Below are positions 40,701 to 55,700 of a stretch of DNA of 64,000 bases, one piece after another. Under the pieces are notes generated by a model. The model was not told where the DNA came from. It searched no databases and saw only the letters and a program-made list of their open reading frames with translations. Location: assembly GCF_009914755.1 (NCBI RefSeq), contig NC_060944.1; one strand, 5' to 3'. The DNA comes from the human T2T-CHM13v2.0 reference genome, Homo sapiens. Numbering within the stretch: the stretch's first letter is position 1; the number at the start of each line of letters is the position of its first letter. Both the position numbers and the translations under genes were made by a program.

Positions 40701-43700
40701 GGGATTACATATAAAAAGGAGACAGCAGCATTCTCAGAAACTTCTTTGTGATGTCTGCATTCAATTCACAGAGTTGAGCATTCCCTTTCATAGAGCAGGT
40801 TGGAAACACTCTTTTTGTAGTATCTGGATGAGGACATTTGGAGCGCTTTCAGGCGTATGGTGAAAAAGGAAATATCTTCCCGTAAAAACTAGACAGAAGC
40901 ATTCTCAGAAGTTTATTTGTGATGTGTGCCCTCAACTAACAGAGTTGAACCTTTCTTTTGATAGAGCAGTTTTGAAACACTCTTTTTGTAAAATCTGCAA
41001 GAGGATATTTGGATAGCTTTGAGGATTTCGTTGCAAACGGGAATGGCTTCATATAAACTCTAGACAGAAGCATTCTCAGAAACTTCGTTGGGATGTTTCG
41101 ATTGAAGTCCCAGTGTTGAACATTCCCTTTTATAGAGCAGGTTGGAAACACTCTTTCTGCATTCCCTGGAAGTGGACATTTGGAGCGCTTTCAGGACGAC
41201 GGTGAAAATGGAAATATCTTCCAAGAAAATCTAGATAGAAGCAATGTCAGAAACTTTTATGTGATGGATCTACTCAGCTAACAGAGTTGAACCTTTCTTT
41301 TGAGAGAGCAGTTTTGCAACACTCTTTTTGTGGAATATGCAAGTGGATATTAGGGCAGCTTTGAGGATTTCGTTGGAAACGGGAATACATGTAAAAAGCA
41401 GACAGCAGCATTCTCAGAAACTTCTTTGTGATGTTTGCATTGAAGTCACAGAGTTGAACATTCCCTTTGAGAGAGCAGGTTTGAAACACGCCTTTTGTCA
41501 TATCTGGAAGTGTCCATTCGGAGCGCATTCAGGCTTGTGTTGAAAAAGGAAATATCCTCCCATAAAAACTAGACAGAAGCATTCTCAGAAACTTATCTGT
41601 GATGTATGTACTCAACTAACAGAACTAAACCATCGTTTTGAAGGAGCAGTTTTGAAACACTCTTTTTGCGGAATCTGCAAGTGGATATTTGGCTAGCTGG
41701 GAGGATTTCGTTGGAAACGGGATTACATACAAAAAGCAGACAGCAGCATTCTCAGAAACTTCTTTGTGATGTTTGCATTCAAGTCACAGAGTTGAACATT
41801 CCCTTTCATAGAGCAGGTTTGAAACACTCTTTTTGTAGTATCTGGATGTGGACATTTGGATCGCTTTCAGGCCTATGGTGAAAAAGGAAATATCTTCCCA
41901 TGAAAACTAGACAGAAGCATTCTCAGAAACTTATTTGTGATGTGTGCCCTCAACTGACAGTGTTGAACCTTTGTTTTGATAGAGCAGTTCTGAAACACAC
42001 TTTTTGTAAAATCTGCAAGAGGATATTTGGATAGCTTTGAGGATTTCGTTGGAAACGGGAATGTCTTCATGTAAACTCTAGACAGAAGCATTCTCAGAAA
42101 CTGCTTTGGGATGTTTCAATTGAAGTCCCAGTGTTGAACATTCCCATTCATAGAGCAGGTTTGAAACACTCTTTTTGTACTATCTGGAAGTGGACATTTG
42201 GAGCGCTTTCAGGTCTACGGTGAAAAAGGAGATATCTTCCAATAAAAACTAGATAGAAGCAATGTCAGAACTTTTTTCATGATGTATCTACTCAGCAAAC
42301 AGAGTTGAACCTTTCTTTTGAGAGAGCAGTTTTGAAACACTCTTTTTGTGGAATATGCAAGTGGGTATTAGGCCAGCTTGGAGGATTTCGTTGGAAACGG
42401 GAATACGTATAAAAAGCAGACAGCAGCATTGTCAGAAACTACTTTGTGATGTTTGCATTCAAGTCACAGAATTGAACACTCCCTTTCACAGAGCAGGTTT
42501 GAAACACTCTTTTTGTAGTGTCTGTAAGTGAACATTTGGATTGCTTTCAGGCCTAAGGTGAAAAAGGAAATATCTTCCCATAAAAACTAGACAGAAGCAT
42601 TCTCAGAAACTTGTTTGTGATGTGTGCCCTCTACTGACAGAGTTGAACCTTTCTTTGCAAAGAGCAGTTTTGAAACACTCTTTTTGTAGAATCTGCAAGA
42701 GGATATTTGGATAGCTTTGAGGATTTCTTGGGAAACGGGAATGTCTTCAGATAAACTCTAGACAGAAGCATTCTCAGAAACTTCTTTGGGATGTTTCAAT
42801 TGAAGTCACAGTGTTGAACATTCCCTTTCACAGAGCAGGTTTGGAACACTCTTTTTGTAGTGTCTATAAGTGAACATTTGGCGTGCTTTCAGGCCTAACG
42901 TGAAAAAGGAAATATCTTCCCATAAAAACTAGACAGAAGCATTCTCAGAAACTTGTTCTTGATGTGTCCCCTCTACTGACAGAGTTGAACCTTTCTTTGC
43001 AAAGAGCAGCTTTGAAACACTCTTTTTGTAGAATCTGCAAGAGGATATTTGGATAGCTTGGAGGATTTCGTTGGAAACGGGTATGTCTTCAGATAAACTC
43101 TAGACAGAAGCATTCTCAGAAACTTCTTTGGGATGTTGCATTCAAGTCACAGAGTAGAACATTCCCATTCATAGAGCAGATTTGAAACACTCTTTTTGTA
43201 GTATCTGGAAGTGGACATTTGGAGCGCTTTCAGGCCTATGTTGAAAAAGGAAATATCTTCCCATAAAAACTAGACGGAAGCATTCTCAGAAACTTATTTG
43301 TGATGTGTTTGCTCAACTAACAGGATTGAACCATCGTTTTGAAGGAGCAGTTTTGAAACACTGTTTTCGTGGAATCTGCAAGTGGATATTTGGCTAGCTT
43401 TGAGGATTTCGTTGGAAACGGTATTACATATAAAAAGGAGACAGCAGCATTCTCAGAAACTTCTTTGTGATGTCTGCATTCAATTCACAGAGTTGAGCAT
43501 TCCCTTTCATAGAGCAGGTTGGAAACACTCTTTTTGTAGTATCTGGATGAGGACATTTGGAGCGCTTTCAGGCGTATGGTGAAAAAGGAAATATCTTCCC
43601 GTAAAAACTAGACAGAAGCATTCTCAGAAGTTTATTTGTGATGTGTGCCCTCAACTAACAGAGTTGAACCTTTCTTTTGATAGAGCAGTTTTGAAACACT

Positions 43701-46700
43701 CTTTTTGTAAAATCTGCAAGAGGATATTTGGATAGCTTTGAGGATTTCGTTGCAAACGGGAATGGCTTCATATAAACTCTAGACAGAAGCATTCTCAGAA
43801 ACTTCGTTGGGATGTTTCGATTGAAGTCCCAGTGTTGAACATTCCCTTTTATAGAGCAGGTTGGAAACACTCTTTCTGCATTCCCTGGAAGTGGACATTT
43901 GGAGCGCTTTCAGGACGACGGTGAAAATGGAAATATCTTCCAAGAAAATCTAGATAGAAGCAACGTCAGAAACTTTTATGTGATGGATCTACTCAGCTAA
44001 CAGAGTTGAACCTTTCTTTTGAGAGAGCAGTTTTGCAACACTCTTTTTGTGGAATATGCAAGTGGATATTAGGGCAGCTTTGAGGATTTCGTTGGAAACG
44101 GGAATACATGTAAAAAGCAGACAGCAGCATTCTCAGAAACTTCTTTGTGATGTTTGCATTGAAGTCACAGAGTTGAACATTCCCTTTGAGAGAGCAGGTT
44201 TGAAACACGCCTTTTGTCATATCTGGAAGTGTCCATTCGGAGCGCATTCAGGCTTGTGTTGAAAAAGGAAATATCCTCCCATAAAAACTAGACAGAAGCA
44301 TTCTCAGAAACTTATCTGTGATGTATGTACTCAACTAACAGAACTAAACCATCGTTTTGAAGGAGCAGTTTTGAAACACTCTTTTTGCGGAATCTGCAAG
44401 TGGATATTTGGCTAGCTGGGAGGATTTCGTTGGAAACGGGAGTACATACAAAAAGCAGAGAGCAGCATTCTCAGAAACTTCTTTGTGATGTTTGCATTCA
44501 AGTCACAGAGTTGAACATTCCCTTTCATAGAGCAGGTTTGAAACACTCTTTTTGTAGTATCTGGATGTGGACATTTGGATCGCTTTCAGGCCTATGGTGA
44601 AAAAGGAAATATCTTCCCATGAAAACTAGACAGAAGCATTCTCAGAAACTTATTTGTGATGTGTGCCCTCAACTGACAGTGTTGAACCTTTGTTTTGATA
44701 GAGCAGTTCTGAAACACACTTTTTGTAAAATCTGCAAGAGGATATTTGGATAGCTTTGAGGATTTCGTTGGAAACGGGAATGTCTTCATGTAAACTCTGG
44801 ACAGAAGCATTCTCAGAAACTGCTTTGGGATGTTTCAATTGAAGTCCCAGTGTTGAACATTCCCTTTCATAGAGCAGGTTTGAAACACTCTTTTTGTACT
44901 ATCTGGAAGTGGACATTTGGAGCGCTTTCAGGTCTACGGTGAAAAAGGAGATATCTTCCAATAAAAACTAGATAGAAGCAATGTCAGAACTTTTTTCATG
45001 ATGTATCTACTCAGCAAACAGAGTTGAACCTTTCTTTTGAGAGAGCAGTTTTGAAACACTCCTTTTGTGGAATATGCAAGTGGGTATTAGGCCAGCTTGG
45101 AGGATTTCGTTGGAAACGGGAATACGTATAAAAAGCAGACAGCAGCATTGTCAGAAACTACTTTGTGATGTTTGCATTCAAGTCACAGAATTGAACACTC
45201 CCTTTCACAGAGCAGGTTTGAAACACTCTTTTTGTAGTGTCTGTAAGTGAACATTTGGATTGCTTTCAGGCCTAAGGTGAAAAAGGAAATATCTTCCCAT
45301 AAAAACTAGACAGAAGCATTCTCAGAAACTTGTTTGTGATGTGTGCCCTCTACTGACAGAGTTGAACCTTTCTTTGCAAAGAGCAGTTTTGAAACACTCT
45401 TTTTGTAGAATCTGCAAGAGGATATTTGGATAGCTTTGAGGATTTCTTGGGAAACGGGAATGTCTTCAGATAAACTCTAGACAGAAGCATTCTCAGAAAC
45501 TTCTTTGGGATGTTTCAATTGAAGTCACAGTGTTGAACATTCCCTTTCACAGAGCAGGTTTGAAACACTCTTTTTGTAGTGTCTATAAGTGAACATTTGG
45601 CGTGCTTTCAGGCCTAACGTGAAAAAGGAAATATCTTCCCATAAAAACTAGACAGAAGCATTCTCAGAAACTTGTTCTTGATGTGTCCCCTCTACTGACA
45701 GAGTTGAACCTTTCTTTGCAAAGAGCAGCTTTGAAACACTCTTTTTGTAGAATCTGCAAGAGGATATTTGGATAGCTTGGAGGATTTCGTTGGAAACGGG
45801 TATGTCTTCAGATAAACTCTAGACAGAAGCATTCTCAGAAACTTCTTTGGGATGTTGCATTCAAGTCACAGAGTAGAACATTCCCATTCATAGAGCAGAT
45901 TTGAAACACTCTTTTTGTAGTATCTGGAAGTGGACATTTGGAGCGCTTTCAGGCCTATGTTGAAAAAGGAAATATCTTCCCATAAAAACTAGACGGAAGC
46001 ATTCTCAGAAACTTATTTGTGATGTGTTTGCTCAACTAACAGGATTGAACCATCGTTTTGAAGGAGCAGTTTTGAAACACTGTTTTCGTGGAATCTGCAA
46101 GTGGATATTTGGCTAGCTTTGAGGATTTCGTTGGAAACGGGATTACATATAAAAAGGAGACAGCAGCATTCTCAGAAACTTCTTTGTGATGTCTGCATTC
46201 AATTCACAGAGTTGAGCATTCCCTTTCATAGAGCAGGTTGGAAACACTCTTTTTGTAGTATCTGGATGAGGACATTTGGAGCGCTTTCAGGCATATGGTG
46301 AAAAAGGAAATATCTTCCCGTAAAAACTAGACAGAAGCATTCTCAGAAGTTTATTTGTGATGTGTGCCCTCAACTAACAGAGTTGAACCTTTCTTTTGAT
46401 AGAGCAGTTTTGAAACACTCTTTTTGTAAAATCTGCAAGAGGATATTTGGATAGCTTTGAGGATTTCGTTGCAAACGGGAATGGCTTCATATAAACTCTA
46501 GACAGAAGCATTCTCAGAAACTTCGTTGGGATGTTTCGATTGAAGTCCCAGTGTTGAACATTCCCTTTTATAGAGCAGGTTGGAAACACTCTTTCTGCAT
46601 TCCCTGGAAGTGGACATTTGGAGCGCTTTCAGGACGACGGTGAAAATGGAAATATCTTCCAAGAAAATCTAGATAGAAGCAACGTCAGAAACTTTTATGT

Positions 46701-49700
46701 GATGGATCTACTCAGCTAACAGAGTTGAACCTTTCTTTTGAGAGAGCAGTTTTGCAACACTCTTTTTGTGGAATATGCAAGTGGATATTAGGGCAGCTTT
46801 GAGGATTTCGTTGGAAACGGGAATACATGTAAAAAGCAGACAGCAGCATTCTCAGAAACTTCTTTGTGATGTTTGCATTGAAGTCACAGAGTTGAACATT
46901 CCCTTTGAGAGAGCAGGTTTGAAACACGCCTTTTGTCATATCTGGAAGTGTCCATTCGGAGCGCATTCAGGCTTGTGTTGAAAAAGGAAATATCCTCCCA
47001 TAAAAACTAGACAGAAGCATTCTCAGAAACTTATCTGTGATGTATGTACTCAACTAACAGAACTAAACCATCGTTTTGAAGGAGCAGTTTTGAAACACTC
47101 TTTTTGCGGAATCTGCAAGTGGATATTTGGCTAGCTGGGAGGATTTCGTTGGAAACGGGAGTACATACAAAAAGCAGAGAGCAGCATTCTCAGAAACTTC
47201 TTTGTGATGTTTGCATTCAAGTCACAGAGTTGAACATTCCCTTTCATAGAGCAGGTTTGAAACACTCTTTTTGTAGTATCTGGATGTGGACATTTGGATC
47301 GCTTTCAGGCCTATGGTGAAAAAGGAAATATCTTCCCATGAAAACTAGACAGAAGCATTCTCAGAAACTTATTTGTGATGTGTGCCCTCAACTGACAGTG
47401 TTGAACCTTTGTTTTGATAGAGCAGTTCTGAAACACACTTTTTGTAAAATCTGCAAGAGGATATTTGGATAGCTTTGAGGATTTCGTTGGAAACGGGAAT
47501 GTCTTCATGTAAACTCTGGACAGAAGCATTCTCAGAAACTGCTTTGGGATGTTTCAATTGAAGTCCCAGTGTTGAACATTCCCTTTCATAGAGCAGGTTT
47601 GAAACACTCTTTTTGTACTATCTGGAAGTGGACATTTGGAGCGCTTTCAGGTCTACGGTGAAAAAGGAGATATCTTCCAATAAAAACTAGATAGAAGCAA
47701 TGTCAGAACTTTTTTCATGATGTATCTACTCAGCAAACAGAGTTGAACCTTTCTTTTGAGAGAGCAGTTTTGAAACACTCTTTTTGTGGAATATGCAAGT
47801 GGGTATTAGGCCAGCTTGGAGGATTTCGTTGGAAACGGGAATACGTATAAAAAGCAGACAGCAGCATTGTCAGAAACTACTTTGTGATGTTTGCATTCAA
47901 GTCACAGAATTGAACACTCCCTTTCACAGAGCAGGTTTGAAACACTCTTTTTGTAGTGTCTGTAAGTGAACATTTGGATTGCTTTCAGGCCTAAGGTGAA
48001 AAAGGAAATATCTTCCCATAAAAACTAGACAGAAGCATTCTCAGAAACTTGTTTGTGATGTGTGCCCTCTACTGACAGAGTTGAACCTTTCTTTGCAAAG
48101 AGCAGTTTTGAAACACTCTTTTTGTAGAATCTGCAAGAGGATATTTGGATAGCTTTGAGGATTTCTTGGGAAACGGGAATGTCTTCAGATAAACTCTAGA
48201 CAGAAGCATTCTCAGAAACTTCTTTGGGATGTTTCAATTGAAGTCACAGTGTTGAACATTCCCTTTCACAGAGCAGGTTTGAAACACTCTTTTTGTAGTG
48301 TCTATAAGTGAACATTTGGCGTGCTTTCAGGCCTAACGTGAAAAAGGAAATATCTTCCCATAAAAACTAGACAGAAGCATTCTCAGAAACTTGTTCTTGA
48401 TGTGTCCCCTCTACTGACAGAGTTGAACCTTTCTTTGCAAAGAGCAGCTTTGAAACACTCTTTTTGTAGAATCTGCAAGAGGATATTTGGATAGCTTGGA
48501 GGATTTCGTTGGAAACGGGTATGTCTTCAGATAAACTCTAGACAGAAGCATTCTCAGAAACTTCTTTGGGATGTTGCATTCAAGTCACAGAGTAGAACAT
48601 TCCCATTCATAGAGCAGATTTGAAACACTCTTTTTGTAGTATCTGGAAGTGGACATTTGGAGCGCTTTCAGGCCTATGTTGAAAAAGGAAATATCTTCCC
48701 ATAAAAACTAGACGGAAGCATTCTCAGAAACTTATTTGTGATGTGTTTGCTCAACTAACAGGATTGAACCATCGTTTTGAAGGAGCAGTTTTGAAACACT
48801 GTTTTCGTGGAATCTGCAAGTGGATATTTGGCTAGCTTTGAGGATTTCGTTGGAAACGGGATTACATATAAAAAGGAGACAGCAGCATTCTCAGAAACTT
48901 CTTTGTGATGTCTGCATTCAATTCACAGAGTTGAGCATTCCCTTTCATAGAGCAGGTTGGAAACACTCTTTTTGTAGTATCTGGATGAGGACATTTGGAG
49001 CGCTTTCAGGCGTATGGTGAAAAAGGAAATATCTTCCCGTAAAAACTAGACAGAAGCCTTCTCAGAAGTTTATTTGTGATGTGTGCCCTCAACTAACAGA
49101 GTTGAACCTTTCTTTTGATAGAGCAGTTTTGAAACACTCTTTTTGTAAAATCTGCAAGAGGATATTTGGATAGCTTTGAGGATTTCGTTGCAAACGGGAA
49201 TGGCTTCATATAAACTCTAGACAGAAGCATTCTCAGAAACTTCGTTGGGATGTTTCGATTGAAGTCCCAGTGTTGAACATTCCCTTTTATAGAGCAGGTT
49301 GGAAACACTCTTTCTGCATTCCCTGGAAGTGGACATTTGGAGCGCTTTCAGGACGACGGTGAAAATGGAAATATCTTCCAAGAAAATCTAGATAGAAGCA
49401 ACGTCAGAAACTTTTATGTGATGGATCTACTCAGCTAACAGAGTTGAACCTTTCTTTTGAGAGAGCAGTTTTGCAACACTCTTTTTGTGGAATATGCAAG
49501 TGGATATTAGGGCAGCTTTGAGGATTTCGTTGGAAACGGGAATACATGTAAAAAGCAGACAGCAGCATTCTCAGAAACTTCTTTGTGATGTTTGCATTGA
49601 AGTCACAGAGTTGAACATTCCCTTTGAGAGAGCAGGTTTGAAACACGCCTTTTGTCATATCTGGAAGTGTCCATTCGGAGCGCATTCAGGCTTGTGTTGA

Positions 49701-52700
49701 AAAAGGAAATATCCTCCCATAAAAACTAGACAGAAGCATTCTCAGAAACTTATCTGTGATGTATGTACTCAACTAACAGAACTAAACCATCGTTTTGAAG
49801 GAGCAGTTTTGAAACACTCTTTTTGCGGAATCTGCAAGTGGATATTTGGCTAGCTGGGAGGATTTCGTTGGAAACGGGATTACATACAAAAAGCAGACAG
49901 CAGCATTCTCAGAAACTTCTTTGTGATGTTTGCATTCAAGTCACAGAGTTGAACATTCCCTTTCATAGAGCAGGTTTGAAACACTCTTTTTGTAGTATCT
50001 GGATGTGGACATTTGGATCGCTTTCAGGCCTATGGTGAAAAAGGAAATATCTTCCCATGAAAACTAGACAGAAGCATTCTCAGAAACTTATTTGTGATGT
50101 GTGCCCTCAACTGACAGTGTTGAACCTTTGTTTTGATAGAGCAGTTCTGAAACACACTTTTTGTAAAATCTGCAAGAGGATATTTGGATAGCTTTGAGGA
50201 TTTCGTTGGAAACGGGAATGTCTTCATGTAAACTCTGGACAGAAGCATTCTCAGAAACTGCTTTGGGATGTTTCAATTGAAGTCCCAGTGTTGAACATTC
50301 CCTTTCATAGAGCAGGTTTGAAACACTCTTTTTGTACTATCTGGAAGTGGACATTTGGAGCGCTTTCAGGTCTACGGTGAAAAAGGAGATATCTTCCAAT
50401 AAAAACTAGATAGAAGCAATGTCAGAACTTTTTTCATGATGTATCTACTCAGCAAACAGAGTTGAACCTTTCTTTTGAGAGAGCAGTTTTGAAACACTCT
50501 TTTTGTGGAATATGCAAGTGGGTATTAGGCCAGCTTGGAGGATTTCGTTGGAAACGGGAATACGTATAAAAAGCAGACAGCAGCATTGTCAGAAACTACT
50601 TTGTGATGTTTGCATTCAAGTCACAGAATTGAACACTCCCTTTCACAGAGCAGGTTTGAAACACTCTTTTTGTAGTGTCTGTAAGTGAACATTTGGATTG
50701 CTTTCAGGCCTAAGGTGAAAAAGGAAATATCTTCCCATAAAAACTAGACAGAAGCATTCTCAGAAACTTGTTTGTGATGTGTGCCCTCTACTGACAGAGT
50801 TGAACCTTTCTTTGCAAAGAGCAGTTTTGAAACACTCTTTTTGTAGAATCTGCAAGAGGATATTTGGATAGCTTTGAGGATTTCTTGGGAAACGGGAATG
50901 TCTTCAGATAAACTCTAGACAGAAGCATTCTCAGAAACTTCTTTGGGATGTTTCAATTGAAGTCACAGTGTTGAACATTCCCTTTCACAGAGCAGGTTTG
51001 AAACACTCTTTTTGTAGTGTCTATAAGTGAACATTTGGCGTGCTTTCAGGCCTAACGTGAAAAAGGAAATATCTTCCCATAAAAACTAGACAGAAGCATT
51101 CTCAGAAACTTGTTCTTGATGTGTCCCCTCTACTGACAGAGTTGAACCTTTCTTTGCAAAGAGCAGCTTTGAAACACTCTTTTTGTAGAATCTGCAAGAG
51201 GATATTTGGATAGCTTGGAGGATTTCGTTGGAAACGGGTATGTCTTCAGATAAACTCTAGACAGAAGCATTCTCAGAAACTTCTTTGGGATGTTGCATTC
51301 AAGTCACAGAGTAGAACATTCCCATTCATAGAGCAGATTTGAAACACTCTTTTTGTAGTATCTGGAAGTGGACATTTGGAGCGCTTTCAGGCCTATGTTG
51401 AAAAAGGAAATATCTTCCCATAAAAACTAGACGGAAGCATTCTCAGAAACTTATTTGTGATGTGTTTGCTCAACTAACAGGATTGAACCATCGTTTTGAA
51501 GGAGCAGTTTTGAAACACTGTTTTCGTGGAATCTGCAAGTGGATATTTGGCTAGCTTTGAGGATTTCGTTGGAAACGGGATTACATATAAAAAGGAGACA
51601 GCAGCATTCTCAGAAACTTCTTTGTGATGTCTGCATTCAATTCACAGAGTTGAGCATTCCCTTTCATAGAGCAGGTTGGAAACACTCTTTTTGTAGTATC
51701 TGGATGAGGACATTTGGAGCGCTTTCAGGCGTATGGTGAAAAAGGAAATATCTTCCCGTAAAAACTAGACAGAAGCATTCTCAGAAGTTTATTTGTGATG
51801 TGTGCCCTCAACTAACAGAGTTGAACCTTTCTTTTGATAGAGCAGTTTTGAAACACTCTTTTTGTAAAATCTGCAAGAGGATATTTGGATAGCTTTGAGG
51901 ATTTCGTTGCAAACGGGAATGGCTTCATATAAACTCTAGACAGAAGCATTCTCAGAAACTTCGTTGGGATGTTTCGATTGAAGTCCCAGTGTTGAACATT
52001 CCCTTTTATAGAGCAGGTTGGAAACACTCTTTCTGCATTCCCTGGAAGTGGACATTTGGAGCGCTTTCAGGACGACGGTGAAAATGGAAATATCTTCCAA
52101 GAAAATCTAGATAGAAGCAACGTCAGAAACTTTTATGTGATGGATCTACTCAGCTAACAGAGTTGAACCTTTCTTTTGAGAGAGCAGTTTTGCAACACTC
52201 TTTTTGTGGAATATGCAAGTGGATATTAGGGCAGCTTTGAGGATTTCGTTGGAAACGGGAATACATGTAAAAAGCAGACAGCAGCATTCTCAGAAACTTC
52301 TTTGTGATGTTTGCATTGAAGTCACAGAGTTGAACATTCCCTTTGAGAGAGCAGGTTTGAAACACGCCTTTTGTCATATCTGGAAGTGTCCATTCGGAGC
52401 GCATTCAGGCTTGTGTTGAAAAAGGAAATATCCTCCCATAAAAACTAGACAGAAGCATTCTCAGAAACTTATCTGTGATGTATGTACTCAACTAACAGAA
52501 CTAAACCATCGTTTTGAAGGAGCAGTTTTGAAACACTCTTTTTGCGGAATCTGCAAGTGGATATTTGGCTAGCTGGGAGGATTTCGTTGGAAACGGGATT
52601 ACATACAAAAAGCAGACAGCAGCATTCTCAGAAACTTCTTTGTGATGTTTGCATTCAAGTCACAGAGTTGAACATTCCCTTTCATAGAGCAGGTTTGAAA

Positions 52701-55700
52701 CACTCTTTTTGTAGTATCTGGATGTGGACATTTGGATCGCTTTCAGGCCTATGGTGAAAAAGGAAATATCTTCCCATGAAAACTAGACAGAAGCATTCTC
52801 AGAAACTTATTTGTGATGTGTGCCCTCAACTGACAGTGTTGAACCTTTGTTTTGATAGAGCAGTTCTGAAACACACTTTTTGTAAAATCTGCAAGAGGAT
52901 ATTTGGATAGCTTTGAGGATTTCGTTGGAAACGGGAATGTCTTCATGTAAACTCTAGACAGAAGCATTCTCAGAAACTGCTTTGGGATGTTTCAATTGAA
53001 GTCCCAGTGTTGAACATTCCCTTTCATAGAGCAGGTTTGAAACACTCTTTTTGTACTATCTGGAAGTGGACATTTGGAGCGCTTTCAGGTCTACGGTGAA
53101 AAAGGAGATATCTTCCAATAAAAACTAGATAGAAGCAATGTCAGAACTTTTTTCATGATGTATCTACTCAGCAAACAGAGTTGAACCTTTCTTTTGAGAG
53201 AGCAGTTTTGAAACACTCTTTTTGTGGAATATGCAAGTGGGTATTAGGCCAGCTTGGAGGATTTCGTTGGAAACGGGAATACGTATAAAAAGCAGACAGC
53301 AGCATTGTCAGAAACTACTTTGTGATGTTTGCATTCAAGTCACAGAATTGAACACTCCCTTTCACAGAGCAGGTTTGAAACACTCTTTTTGTAGTGTCTG
53401 TAAGTGAACATTTGGATTGCTTTCAGGCCTAAGGTGAAAAAGGAAATATCTTCCCATAAAAACTAGACAGAAGCATTCTCAGAAACTTGTTTGTGATGTG
53501 TGCCCTCTACTGACAGAGTTGAACCTTTCTTTGCAAAGAGCAGTTTTGAAACACTCTTTTTGTAGAATCTGCAAGAGGATATTTGGATAGCTTTGAGGAT
53601 TTCTTGGGAAACGGGAATGTCTTCAGATAAACTCTAGACAGAAGCATTCTCAGAAACTTCTTTGGGATGTTTCAATTGAAGTCACAGTGTTGAACATTCC
53701 CTTTCACAGAGCAGGTTTGAAACACTCTTTTTGTAGTGTCTATAAGTGAACATTTGGCGTGCTTTCAGGCCTAACGTGAAAAAGGAAATATCTTCCCATA
53801 AAAACTAGACAGAAGCATTCTCAGAAACTTGTTCTTGATGTGTCCCCTCTACTGACAGAGTTGAACCTTTCTTTGCAAAGAGCAGCTTTGAAACACTCTT
53901 TTTGTAGAATCTGCAAGAGGATATTTGGATAGCTTGGAGGATTTCGTTGGAAACGGGTATGTCTTCAGATAAACTCTAGACAGAAGCATTCTCAGAAACT
54001 TCTTTGGGATGTTGCATTCAAGTCACAGAGTAGAACATTCCCATTCATAGAGCAGATTTGAAACACTCTTTTTGTAGTATCTGGAAGTGGACATTTGGAG
54101 CGCTTTCAGGCCTATGTTGAAAAAGGAAATATCTTCCCATAAAAACTAGACGGAAGCATTCTCAGAAACTTATTTGTGATGTGTTTGCTCAACTAACAGG
54201 ATTGAACCATCGTTTTGAAGGAGCAGTTTTGAAACACTGTTTTCGTGGAATCTGCAAGTGGATATTTGGCTAGCTTTGAGGATTTCGTTGGAAACGGGAT
54301 TACATATAAAAAGGAGACAGCAGCATTCTCAGAAACTTCTTTGTGATGTCTGCATTCAATTCACAGAGTTGAGCATTCCCTTTCATAGAGCAGGTTGGAA
54401 ACACTCTTTTTGTAGTATCTGGATGAGGACATTTGGAGCGCTTTCAGGCGTATGGTGAAAAAGGAAATATCTTCCCGTAAAAACTAGACAGAAGCATTCT
54501 CAGAAGTTTATTTGTGATGTGTGCCCTCAACTAACAGAGTTGAACCTTTCTTTTGATAGAGCAGTTTTGAAACACTCTTTTTGTAAAATCTGCAAGAGGA
54601 TATTTGGATAGCTTTGAGGATTTCGTTGCAAACGGGAATGGCTTCATATAAACTCTAGACAGAAGCATTCTCAGAAACTTCGTTGGGATGTTTCGATTGA
54701 AGTCCCAGTGTTGAACATTCCCTTTTATAGAGCAGGTTGGAAACACTCTTTCTGCATTCCCTGGAAGTGGACATTTGGAGCGCTTTCAGGACGACGGTGA
54801 AAATGGAAATATCTTCCAAGAAAATCTAGATAGAAGCAACGTCAGAAACTTTTATGTGATGGATCTACTCAGCTAACAGAGTTGAACCTTTCTTTTGAGA
54901 GAGCAGTTTTGCAACACTCTTTTTGTGGAATATGCAAGTGGATATTAGGGCAGCTTTGAGGATTTCGTTGGAAACGGGAATACATGTAAAAAGCAGACAG
55001 CAGCATTCTCAGAAACTTCTTTGTGATGTTTGCATTGAAGTCACAGAGTTGAACATTCCCTTTGAGAGAGCAGGTTTGAAACACGCCTTTTGTCATATCT
55101 GGAAGTGTCCATTCGGAGCGCATTCAGGCTTGTGTTGAAAAAGGAAATATCCTCCCATAAAAACTAGACAGAAGCATTCTCAGAAACTTATCTGTGATGT
55201 ATGTACTCAACTAACAGAACTAAACCATCGTTTTGAAGGAGCAGTTTTGAAACACTCTTTTTGCGGAATCTGCAAGTGGATATTTGGCTAGCTGGGAGGA
55301 TTTCGTTGGAAACGGGATTACATACAAAAAGCAGACAGCAGCATTCTCAGAAACTTCTTTGTGATGTTTGCATTCAAGTCACAGAGTTGAACATTCCCTT
55401 TCATAGAGCAGGTTTGAAACACTCTTTTTGTAGTATCTGGATGTGGACATTTGGATCGCTTTCAGGCCTATGGTGAAAAAGGAAATATCTTCCCATGAAA
55501 ACTAGACAGAAGCATTCTCAGAAACTTATTTGTGATGTGTGCCCTCAACTGACAGTGTTGAACCTTTGTTTTGATAGAGCAGTTCTGAAACACACTTTTT
55601 GTAAAATCTGCAAGAGGATATTTGGATAGCTTTGAGGATTTCGTTGGAAACGGGAATGTCTTCATGTAAACTCTAGACAGAAGCATTCTCAGAAACTGCT

